This document shows positions 16,077 through 24,243 of a DNA stretch of 32,000 nt, one piece after another. Each line of letters opens with the position of its first letter. Positions within the stretch are counted from its first letter, which is position 1. A program made the position numbers and the translations under genes. Below the pieces are notes generated by a model. It saw nothing but the letters and a program-made list of their open reading frames with translations. It had not been told where the DNA came from and did not search any database. The DNA comes from Telmatocola sphagniphila (lineage in GTDB: Bacteria; Planctomycetota; Planctomycetia; Gemmatales; Gemmataceae), in NCBI RefSeq assembly GCF_018398935.1, contig NZ_CP074694.1, positions 2,700,001 to 2,732,000 on the forward strand, written 5' to 3'.

Positions 16077-17191
16077 TGACCCGATGGCCCTCACTCCTGT
16101 GTCTATTAACTCTCTCATTCACCGGGTCGAAGGTTCGATCCGAAGAACGCATCGATTGGGACAAGAAGAAAGCGGCGGAGTATCTCGATAGCCGTGCAAA
16201 AACCTGGTTCGAGTTCGACGGCGGGTTTCGAGGGGAAGGTACAACCCGTTCCTCCTGTATCTCCTGCCATACAGGCTTGCCCTATATTCTGGCGCGAGCG
16301 GAATTACGAAAATCGAATTCGGAGGTGGAACCGACCCCATCAGAAGCGAAATTTCTCGCTCAAACCCGAATGCGAGTGAATTCCTGGTCGGAACTGAGCG
16401 ATCCAAAATACTCACTTTTCTACAGCCATTCCGAAGATAAAAAGAGGCAATCGTGGGGTACCGAAGCCGTTATAAATGCGTTGGTTCTGGGTCTGGAAGA
16501 CCGTCGCACCGGCAGAAAATCCCCTTCGTCGGAAACTGAAAAAGCCCTGGCGAATCTTTGGAAAGTTCAGATCCCGGAAGGCAAACAAAAAGGCTCCTGG
16601 GACTGGTTGGATTTCGGACTGCAGCCGTGGGAATCCGAGGAGGGGCACTACTTCGGTTCGGCCCTCGCCGCCGTGGCGCTGGGTCAGGTTCCCGGCTATC
16701 TTGGCTCGGCCAAAGCCGCTCCGGAAATCCAAAAGAAGATTGAGAATTTAAAAGACTACCTTCGCGGGCAATCCGCGAATCAGTCGCTGTTCAACAAGAT
16801 TTGGTTACTTTGGGCGGCAACTCAGTGGCCGGAGTTGCTCACTGCGGCGGAGAAACAAAAAATTTGCTCGGAGGTTCTATCCAAGCAACAAGCCGATGGA
16901 GGATGGAACCTTGCTTCGCTCGGCCATTACTCCCGTCACGACGAAACCCCCGAGGAAAACTCTTCCGACGGGTACGCCACCGGGTTAGTTCTGCATGTCC
17001 TTCAACTAGCCGGTTTCGAGCGATCCGATGCAAAAATTTCGTCGGGTCTGAGGTGGCTAGGCAAAAATCAAAGCCCGACCGGGGAATGGTTGGCCACATC
17101 GCTCAACAAAAAACGCGATCCGAACAGCCACGTAGGGAAGTTCATGTCTGATTCCGCAACAGGCTTTGCGGTGCTCGGGCTGAGCCATTAA
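16076..17191 (+). CDS. Secreted protein with one CxxCH haem-binding motif and prenyltransferase/terpene-cyclase-like repeats
   Basis: 371 aa. It has a signal-like N-terminus (WPSLLCLLTLSFTG), a CISCH motif, and later repeats with DGGW / TGEW signatures typical of alpha/alpha-toroid repeats. Its start shares one base with the upstream stop (TGATG). Confidence 0.65.
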   Translation: MTRWPSLLCLLTLSFTGSKVRSEERIDWDKKKAAEYLDSRAKTWFEFDGGFRGEGTTRSSCISCHTGLPYILARAELRKSNSEVEPTPSEAKFLAQTRMRVNSWSELSDPKYSLFYSHSEDKKRQSWGTEAVINALVLGLEDRRTGRKSPSSETEKALANLWKVQIPEGKQKGSWDWLDFGLQPWESEEGHYFGSALAAVALGQVPGYLGSAKAAPEIQKKIENLKDYLRGQSANQSLFNKIWLLWAATQWPELLTAAEKQKICSEVLSKQQADGGWNLASLGHYSRHDETPEENSSDGYATGLVLHVLQLAGFERSDAKISSGLRWLGKNQSPTGEWLATSLNKKRDPNSHVGKFMSDSATGFAVLGLSH

Positions 17192-17327
17192 AATCCTCAA
17201 AATAAAAATCGGATTATGTTATTTTCACTTAAATTGAGGAGGAGCTTTCGCTCATTTCTCATAACATACGCCCGGTAATTAGTTTAGAACTATTTCGAAT
17301 AGGAATAAAATTAGTACTTGATTCCCC

Positions 17328-17363
17328 TAGTCCAATCAGACTATCTTTAGTATGATCGGACTA
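17328..17363. promoter_or_regulatory. 36-bp near-perfect palindrome, candidate TetR operator
   Basis: TAGTCCAATCAGACTA, a tctt spacer, then TAGTATGATCGGACTA. The reverse complement of the second box matches the first at 14 of 16 positions. It overlaps the first ATG (17352) of the TetR ORF and ends 3 nt before the second ATG (17367). Confidence 0.55.
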
Positions 17364-18092
17364 AATATGACAACGGACATAATTAACGCAGACACGCTGG
17401 ATTCAAAACCCGAGAAATCGTCCCGTCGACTGGATATCGCTTCCATTCGTCGGGAACAGATTATCGAAGCGGCGATTCATATCATCGTGAGTCAGGGTTT
17501 ACAGAATCTTTCGCTCTCCCGGATCGAAGAACGGACCGGCATGAAGCGAGGGCAGCTAACTTACTACTTCCCGGCCAAAGAGGAGATTCTGATAGCGGTC
17601 TTCGACCGCCTCCTGGAGCGGATGCTCGAGAGAATGAATGACGGGGTGAATTTCAAGGAAAAGCACGGGATCCCCTCCGTCTGGGATATGTTTCGAAAGC
17701 GCCTGACGGAGCGTTTGAAGCAAAACGGACCGGAGGAAAGCTCTTTCAGTGCCTTGCAGTTTACGTTTCTGTCTCAAATCGAGCATCGGGAAGATTACCG
17801 TCGGAAATTGGCCACGCAGTATGAGGAATGGCGGCGAATTCTTTCTGTGCACTGGACACTGACCGGGAAACCCGTGGAGAATTTTGCAGAATCGGATCCG
17901 CGAATTGTGGCTTCTTTCCTTCAGTCCTTGATGTTGGGACTGAACGTGCTGCTCACGGCGGATCCGAAAGCCTTTGATATTCAGAAAATGTTTGAATTTT
18001 GTGTCCGTCTTCTGGGACCATTATTCACCAAAGATCCAGAGCCAACGAACGAAGAACCCCAAAATATCGCCGGGGAGGATGTTGCGAAATGA
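17352..18092 (+). CDS. TetR/AcrR-family transcriptional regulator
   Basis: It has an N-terminal HTH (IRREQIIEAAIHIIVSQGLQNLSLSRIEERTGMKRGQLTYYFPAKEEIL). The start may instead be the in-frame ATG at 17367. Its stop overlaps the next start (ATGA). Confidence 0.85.
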   Translation: MIGLNMTTDIINADTLDSKPEKSSRRLDIASIRREQIIEAAIHIIVSQGLQNLSLSRIEERTGMKRGQLTYYFPAKEEILIAVFDRLLERMLERMNDGVNFKEKHGIPSVWDMFRKRLTERLKQNGPEESSFSALQFTFLSQIEHREDYRRKLATQYEEWRRILSVHWTLTGKPVENFAESDPRIVASFLQSLMLGLNVLLTADPKAFDIQKMFEFCVRLLGPLFTKDPEPTNEEPQNIAGEDVAK

Positions 18093-19459
18093 TCGACACG
18101 AATGAAATGCCCAACGGGTCCTCGATGGCCGCGGTGGCGCCCATCCTGTCCGAAAGGGTGAAACAGCTCCAACTCCATGGCCGAATGGAAGGAGACAAGC
18201 GGGGCGGGTCGAACGCCTTTTTGCCCTGGTTGCTTTGCATTTTGATGGCCATTGCCTGGGCCAGCGTGGGCATTCGCTACTACAGGGCGAATCCCAATGC
18301 GAGTAACGCGGCTGCACCCAACGGCCCTTCAACTCCTCCGGGCGAGGCCCCGAAGGATTCCGCCGGTAATCCCATCAAAAAAGAAGCTCCCAAGCAAATT
18401 GCCCGGAATCCGGACGAACCCGTCCTGGACATGAAGGGGTACATCATCCCGGCCCATACCATCTCCGTCAGTCCGATCGAGGTCAGCGGTCGTATCGTCC
18501 GGCTGGAAATTGAGGAAGGAAAATCCTTCAAAAAAGACGACGTTCTCGCCGTCATTGATGACAGCAGCTTCCGGGCGGATCGGGACGAAGCCAAAGCGAA
18601 CTGGGATTCTCTGATCGAAAAAATGCGGGAGATGAAGAACGGCAACCGACCCGAAGAAATCGAGCAAGCTCGAGCCGAGTTACTGGAAGCGGAAGCCAAT
18701 TTGAAGGCGGCCCAACTGGAGTGGGAGCGCTATCAAGGGAAAAAAGTGGATGCCATTGCTCGAAAAGATTTCGACACCGTCGAAAGTTCTTATCGCGGCG
18801 GTCTGGCTCGAGTAGCCAAACTCCGCCAGAGCTTGCGTTTGATGGAACTGGGCCCCCGAGAAGAGAGAGTCAAAGGCGCTATCGCCGATGTGGACGCCGC
18901 GAAAGCCCGGCTCGACCGCGCCGAATGGCGTCTGAAAAATTGCACGATTTTCAGCCCCGTCGATGGGGTCATCCTTGCGAAACGGGCGGAAATCGGCAGC
19001 TTAATCAATCCCGTCGTGGGTGGTGTGGCCACCAGCCTTTGCGACATCGCCGATTTGTCGGACATCGAAGTCGATATGGAAATTCAGGAACGCGACGTTT
19101 CAAAAGTATTCGATGGCCAGTACTGTAAAATCAAGGCCGATGCGTTTCCCGAGCGGAGTTACGACGGTTATGTGGATCGCTCGATGCCGATTGCCAACCG
19201 AGCACGCGGGATCGTTCCCATTCGAATCAAAGTCGTCGTTCCTCCCACGGAAAAACAGGGGAAGTATCTGAAGCCCGACATGGGCGTGGCGGTGACCTTC
19301 TTCAACCAGCGATACGACAAGTGGCCCAACAAGTGGAATGTGCCGGTCGACCCGATCCCCGGTTCATTGGCCCCGGCCCCAGCGGCCGAGCCCAAGAGCA
19401 CTCCGCCAGCCGTCGAGCCCAAGAACCCAACACCTTCTGAATCCAAGAAAGCAGGCTGA
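18089..19459 (+). CDS. HlyD/MacA-type periplasmic adaptor (membrane fusion protein)
   Basis: The track ORF starts at 17999 inside the TetR gene. The ATG at 18089 (MIDTNEMPNG...) is coupled to the TetR stop and preceded by GGGGAGG. It has a TM (FLPWLLCILMAIAWASVGI), lipoyl halves, a coiled coil with RPEEIEQARAEL, a barrel, and a Pro-rich tail. Confidence 0.85.
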   Translation: MIDTNEMPNGSSMAAVAPILSERVKQLQLHGRMEGDKRGGSNAFLPWLLCILMAIAWASVGIRYYRANPNASNAAAPNGPSTPPGEAPKDSAGNPIKKEAPKQIARNPDEPVLDMKGYIIPAHTISVSPIEVSGRIVRLEIEEGKSFKKDDVLAVIDDSSFRADRDEAKANWDSLIEKMREMKNGNRPEEIEQARAELLEAEANLKAAQLEWERYQGKKVDAIARKDFDTVESSYRGGLARVAKLRQSLRLMELGPREERVKGAIADVDAAKARLDRAEWRLKNCTIFSPVDGVILAKRAEIGSLINPVVGGVATSLCDIADLSDIEVDMEIQERDVSKVFDGQYCKIKADAFPERSYDGYVDRSMPIANRARGIVPIRIKVVVPPTEKQGKYLKPDMGVAVTFFNQRYDKWPNKWNVPVDPIPGSLAPAPAAEPKSTPPAVEPKNPTPSESKKAG

Positions 19460-19462
19460 AAC

Positions 19463-20218
19463 GTGTTGTCAGGATCCCCAAACACCCTGGTCCGCGTTCA
19501 GGATTTATACAAGTCCTTCGTACGCGGCAACGAAGAGATCCAGGTTCTCAAGAAACTGACTCTGGAAGTGGCACGCGGCGAATTCCTCGCCTTGATGGGC
19601 CCATCCGGCTCGGGAAAAACGACCCTGCTGAATCTGATTGCCGGGCTCGATCAGCCGACCGGCGGCAGCATTACTGTGGACGGCGAAGTCATTTCAGAAA
19701 TGTCCGAAAGCCAACTGGCCCGATGGCGGACGCGCAACGTCGGCTTCGTGTTCCAGTTCTACTATCTTCTGCCGGTACTCACGGCTTATGAAAATGTGGA
19801 GCTGCCTTTGCTGCTCCTTCCCATGTCCAAGGAACAGCGCCGCAAGCAAGTCCTCACGGCCCTCGATCTCGTAGGGCTGTCCAGTCGCTTGACTCACCGC
19901 CCGGGGATGCTTTCCGGGGGGCAACAGCAGCGTGTCGGCATCGCCCGCGCCATGGTCACCGACCCCGCCCTGATCGTGGCCGACGAACCGACTGGGGACC
20001 TGGATTCCAAATCGGCCGATGAAATTCTGAAGCTGATGCAGATCTTGTGCGAACAGGTGAACAAAACGATCATCATGGTGACGCACGATCCGCACGCCGC
20101 CGAAAAGTCGCAACGGACTTTGCACCTGGATAAGGGCCGGCTAGTGGAAGATGATGACCGCACCCGGGCTTACATGCGGGAAACGCCTCCGAAAACCAAT
20201 CAGGAGGTGTTCACATGA
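19463..20218 (+). CDS. ABC transporter ATP-binding protein, MacB/LolD class
   Basis: Walker A is GPSGSGKTT, the signature is LSGGQQQRVGIARA, and Walker B is IVADEPTGDLD. The H-loop VTHD is also present. Confidence 0.9.
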   Translation: MLSGSPNTLVRVQDLYKSFVRGNEEIQVLKKLTLEVARGEFLALMGPSGSGKTTLLNLIAGLDQPTGGSITVDGEVISEMSESQLARWRTRNVGFVFQFYYLLPVLTAYENVELPLLLLPMSKEQRRKQVLTALDLVGLSSRLTHRPGMLSGGQQQRVGIARAMVTDPALIVADEPTGDLDSKSADEILKLMQILCEQVNKTIIMVTHDPHAAEKSQRTLHLDKGRLVEDDDRTRAYMRETPPKTNQEVFT

Positions 20219-22029
20219 TGCCCTACCCAGAGTTCACTTTCTTCGAAGGGATGCTGATTCTCTTCAAATTCCTGATGTTGGTCGTACTTCTTGCACTACT
20301 TGCAGCAGTCGTGACCATGCCGTTGTTCTTTGCCATCGTCACTTATATCTCGAAGTGGTTGGGTGCCAGAGAAGGCATGGACCGGACAACCGGATCGATC
20401 TTTTCGCGAACTTGCAATTTCCTGATCTGGATCGCGGTACCTTTGCTGAGTCTGTCCGGAACTGTATTCCTCCTGGGCTATTCGGGTGGCCTCGATGCTT
20501 TCAACTCGACGCATCCTCAGAAATCGGTAGCGAATCCGCGGCCCATCAAACGAGAGTTCGTCAACAAATTCGAGGATCTTACTCGTAATCTGACCGGCCA
20601 GGCAGAGTTGATCAGTCAGGCCAATTCAAAGCAGGAACTCACACCGGACGAAGAGCTTGAGAAAATCGGAGCGGAGAACTCGTTGAAAATGATGAGATCG
20701 GCGATTGTCTTTTTCATCTATCAAATCGGCCCTATTCCTCTGATCGTGATTCTCGCCGCGGTGATCTTCGGTCGGCGGAAGCTCCAGCTCATTGTTCGAA
20801 GTCTGAATAGAAATCCGCTGCGCACTTCGCTTATGTATGTGGCCATTTTCGTGCTGTCGTCCGTGCTGGCTTTGGTCTGGACGGTCCTGTCGTTCATCGA
20901 CGAAGTGACTACGGAGCAGGAAGGAACTCTAAAGGCCATTATCACCGAACGCTATCAAATTCCTTCTCAGCTAAAACCTACGCACGTTCGGGAACTGTGG
21001 CGATTGGTGGAACAGCTTCCTCCGGAAAATCGTCCGCAGAACGGCGACGACGACCTGATGACCTGGGCGTTTCTGGCGGGAACTCTCGACCCGAAAAATA
21101 AAACTGCTCAGAACTCCTTCTTCCTATTCTGCATGGAACCCCGAAAAGTTTTGACCATGCTCGACGGCCTGGAGGATCTCACGCAAGAGCAAAGGAAGAT
21201 GCTCGAAAAAGCCGCCGCCGCGATGGAAGAAAACAAGAAAGGTGTAGTGATAGGACTCGAAAAGCTGACGCAACTCGGGAAGCGCGTCGGCGATCGTATT
21301 CAATTGACGGGATTGAACTACACCGATCTGGTTTTCGATATGGAAATCGTTGGCACCTTCCCCGGTGGAACTCGCTACGACCAGAGCGCGGTTATGAATC
21401 GGGATTACCTTTATCAGGCTCTCGACCGGTACAAGGGGGAAAAAGGCAAAGAACATCCCATGGCGGACAAGTGCCTGAATCTGATCTGGCTGCGATTGCC
21501 CAACAAGCAGGCTTTCGATCAACTCGCTGAACTGGTCGACGCTTCGGGTCGCTTCAGCCCTTCCATTAAAATTGAAACCTCCTCGTCCGGGATCAGCACC
21601 TTCCTGGACGCTTACAAAGAAATTCTCTGGGGACTGCGCTGGATTCTGGCGCCCGTTCTGATGGGCACTATGATCCTGATCATTGCGGTAGCCATTAGCA
21701 TCAGCGTGCGCGAAAGGCGGACCGAAATGGCCGTCTTGAAAGTGCTGGGGTATCAACCGGGCACGATCATGCTGTTCGTGCTGGGTGAGGCAATCTTCAT
21801 CGGTATGCTTTCTGGCTTTCTGGCCATGTGTCTGATTGCCGTTCTGGTGAACGTGGGTATGGGTGGGGTGAACTTGAAAATTGCTTTCTTCGGGCGATTC
21901 TTCGTACCGAACGCGGCACTCTGGTGGGGCCCGGCACTCGGAACCTTTGCTTCTTTGGTGGGCAGTATCATACCGGCCCTGTCCGCCCGTTCGGTTAAAG
22001 TGACCGATGTATTTTCTCGAGTGGCTTAA
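20215..22029 (+). CDS. FtsX/MacB-type ABC permease with an extra N-terminal polytopic extension
   Basis: ATGA coupling and a GGAGG RBS. The canonical TM1 (NPLRTSLMYVAIFVLSSVLAL) is followed by a large periplasmic domain and a C-terminal FtsX block (RERRTEMAVLKVLGYQPGTIM...). About 190 aa with three or four hydrophobic helices precede TM1. Confidence 0.8.
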   Translation: MMPYPEFTFFEGMLILFKFLMLVVLLALLAAVVTMPLFFAIVTYISKWLGAREGMDRTTGSIFSRTCNFLIWIAVPLLSLSGTVFLLGYSGGLDAFNSTHPQKSVANPRPIKREFVNKFEDLTRNLTGQAELISQANSKQELTPDEELEKIGAENSLKMMRSAIVFFIYQIGPIPLIVILAAVIFGRRKLQLIVRSLNRNPLRTSLMYVAIFVLSSVLALVWTVLSFIDEVTTEQEGTLKAIITERYQIPSQLKPTHVRELWRLVEQLPPENRPQNGDDDLMTWAFLAGTLDPKNKTAQNSFFLFCMEPRKVLTMLDGLEDLTQEQRKMLEKAAAAMEENKKGVVIGLEKLTQLGKRVGDRIQLTGLNYTDLVFDMEIVGTFPGGTRYDQSAVMNRDYLYQALDRYKGEKGKEHPMADKCLNLIWLRLPNKQAFDQLAELVDASGRFSPSIKIETSSSGISTFLDAYKEILWGLRWILAPVLMGTMILIIAVAISISVRERRTEMAVLKVLGYQPGTIMLFVLGEAIFIGMLSGFLAMCLIAVLVNVGMGGVNLKIAFFGRFFVPNAALWWGPALGTFASLVGSIIPALSARSVKVTDVFSRVA

Positions 22030-22062
22030 TCCTCTTGGTCTAACTCCGATTAAAGGCGAATA

Positions 22063-24243
22063 ATGTCGGCTCTGGAAGAACAGATTGACGTAAAAACTCC
22101 TCCGCTTCCCAAGGGCCTTGAGCCCCTGCAAGACGATGAGGAGTCTTCGTTTTTGACCCGAATTCAAGACAACTTCGTGAAGCTGGCCAGCTTTTTGGCC
22201 AGCTTCATTCCCATGCCCGCAATTTTGCACTTCTGCCGGGCCGTTTCGCCCCGAACAGAATTAGAAATCGAAATGGATCCATTGCTCGGCCGACCGAGAA
22301 TTGTGTCGTTTCTGCTAGGAGTGATTTCCCTTTTCCTGCTGGTTTCCGCTTCGGCGTTCTTGGCATTTATCTCCTGGGGATTGCTCAATTACTTCGGGCG
22401 AAATCCTTTTAATGCAATCGCGGAATTGAGTGCGGACGATCTGAAAGCGGCTATTACGGGTATCGTTCAGGGCACGATCCCGTTTATTTACGCTCTCGAA
22501 TTCCTATCCATTTCGCAGCTCGAACATTTCCCTGATCATTTCCGCCAAATCGCCTGGTTCATCCAGAAACGTACGGCGATCCTGGGGAATCTCCTTTTGT
22601 TCGGACTTTCGCTGATCCCGCTCTCCGTTTTCATCATGGCCTTACCCATGGTTTTCCCGAATGAAGCCGTGCTCAGCGATACGATTCCCACTTATCGCAG
22701 TCGAATCGTCGGCCTGTTTCGTCGACTCATGGGGGCACTGACTGCTCTGGCCGTGCTGGTAATTCTGGTGGCCGTCTCGATTGAATTAGTTTCACTACTG
22801 AAGTTGCAAAAATCGTATGTCAGCCCGATTCCCGCCAAGATCTTCCCGCAGGCTTTTCTCGATCTGCTGCCGACGGTACTCGTGGAACAATGGCATTACG
22901 TGCTGATCTGCGTCTACCTGCTGGATATCGGCCTACTGCTGATCATTGGAAAAGTGCCGCTACGCTACAACATTCGAAACATCTCCGTCCGCTGGCTGAC
23001 GACCGCCATGACCGGACTAGCCTTCACGCTGGTCGTCGGATTGCTGATTCTGATGTTCTCGTTCGTAAACGGTTTGAACAAGGTCAGCAGCGAATCGGGA
23101 ATTCCCGGGAATGTCTTCGTACTCTCCGAGGGCTCCATCGACGAGACTTTCAGCAATCTCGGCTACAGCGACATCAACCAGATGGAGAACGAGCGGGCCG
23201 AGGAGGACCGTAGCGGCAGACCCCTCGCCAAATCGATTGGCATCAAGCAGGTCAACGTTCCCGGTTCCAGTAAGAAAGTTAAGCTAATCAGCAAAGAAAC
23301 TTACATTAGCGTGAACCACGAAGTGGCCGCTCGTCCCGGTTTTCCGATGCGGCATCGCCTATTGCCTGTCCGCGCCATCCAGGATGCCTGGGTCGCCGCC
23401 AAAGTCCATAACATGGAATTAATCGACGGGGAATGGTTCGACGATAAACCGCAACTCTCCGCCGACGGCAAGACGACTCTCACGCCTTGCGTCATGGGGG
23501 AAGCCGCTGCCCGTAAATTCGGTGAGGATGTTGGCAAACCCATCATGAAAATCGGAGACACGGTCAAACTCGGTGAGTTGAATATGGTCGTGGTGGGCAT
23601 CATGAAATCCGAAGGAACCACTTTTGGAAGTGAAGTCTGGACCCGCTGGGAACGGGCCACTCAAGCGTACAACAAAAAAACCTTCACCACCGTAGTGCTC
23701 CGAGTTGAAGACGACAAACCGGAAAGCGCTGAGATTATGGCTTATCACCTCAGCACCAATTTCAAAAATCCCCGAGTTCGCGCGGTGACCGAGACTCAGT
23801 ACTTCGAAGATCTTGCCAAGGGTAGCGCCGCTATCTTCACGGTGATTCTGGTCATTGCCGCCATCATGGCCATCGGCGGCATTTTCGGTGTGATGAATAC
23901 CATGTTTGCTACGGTGGCTCAGCGAGTCAAAGACATCGGCGTCCTTCGCATCCTCGGATTCAAACGCTGGCAGTTACTCATTAGCTTCATGCTGGAGACA
24001 CTATCGATAGCTCTTTTGGGAGGCCTCGTCGGCTGCCTGATCGGCTACTTCGCGGATGGCTTCAAAATGGATAGCACCCTCTCCAGCGGAAACGGTTCGA
24101 ATAAATCGGTCACCATTCGCCTGACCGTGGATATGACCATCATCGTTTGTGCGATTCTATTCACGCTGATTATGGGCCGTCTGGGCGGACTGGTGCCGTC
24201 GCTGTCGGCCATGCGGATGAAGATTCTCGACTCCCTGCGATAA
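22063..24243 (+). CDS. Second FtsX/MacB-type ABC permease with a long N-terminal polytopic extension
   Basis: TM1 (VRWLTTAMTGLAFTLVVGLLILMF), a periplasmic domain, and an FtsX block (AQRVKDIGVLRILGFKRWQLL...). About 300 aa with several TM helices precede TM1. Confidence 0.8.
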   Translation: MSALEEQIDVKTPPLPKGLEPLQDDEESSFLTRIQDNFVKLASFLASFIPMPAILHFCRAVSPRTELEIEMDPLLGRPRIVSFLLGVISLFLLVSASAFLAFISWGLLNYFGRNPFNAIAELSADDLKAAITGIVQGTIPFIYALEFLSISQLEHFPDHFRQIAWFIQKRTAILGNLLLFGLSLIPLSVFIMALPMVFPNEAVLSDTIPTYRSRIVGLFRRLMGALTALAVLVILVAVSIELVSLLKLQKSYVSPIPAKIFPQAFLDLLPTVLVEQWHYVLICVYLLDIGLLLIIGKVPLRYNIRNISVRWLTTAMTGLAFTLVVGLLILMFSFVNGLNKVSSESGIPGNVFVLSEGSIDETFSNLGYSDINQMENERAEEDRSGRPLAKSIGIKQVNVPGSSKKVKLISKETYISVNHEVAARPGFPMRHRLLPVRAIQDAWVAAKVHNMELIDGEWFDDKPQLSADGKTTLTPCVMGEAAARKFGEDVGKPIMKIGDTVKLGELNMVVVGIMKSEGTTFGSEVWTRWERATQAYNKKTFTTVVLRVEDDKPESAEIMAYHLSTNFKNPRVRAVTETQYFEDLAKGSAAIFTVILVIAAIMAIGGIFGVMNTMFATVAQRVKDIGVLRILGFKRWQLLISFMLETLSIALLGGLVGCLIGYFADGFKMDSTLSSGNGSNKSVTIRLTVDMTIIVCAILFTLIMGRLGGLVPSLSAMRMKILDSLR

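Noticed and set aside
21124-22230. 368-aa minus-strand ORF spanning the junction of the two permease genes
   Set aside because: It is antisense to two well-supported FtsX-type genes, is His/Gln/Arg-rich, and has no motif.
12871-24243. Idea that an inversion with breakpoints near 12.9 kb and 24.2 kb split a single MFS-Aas fusion gene
   Set aside because: Both proteins have their own TM helix plus the F-x-Q-x-L motif preceding the acyltransferase position. They therefore look like paralogous pieces, not two halves of one gene. I saw no inverted repeats at the putative breakpoints.
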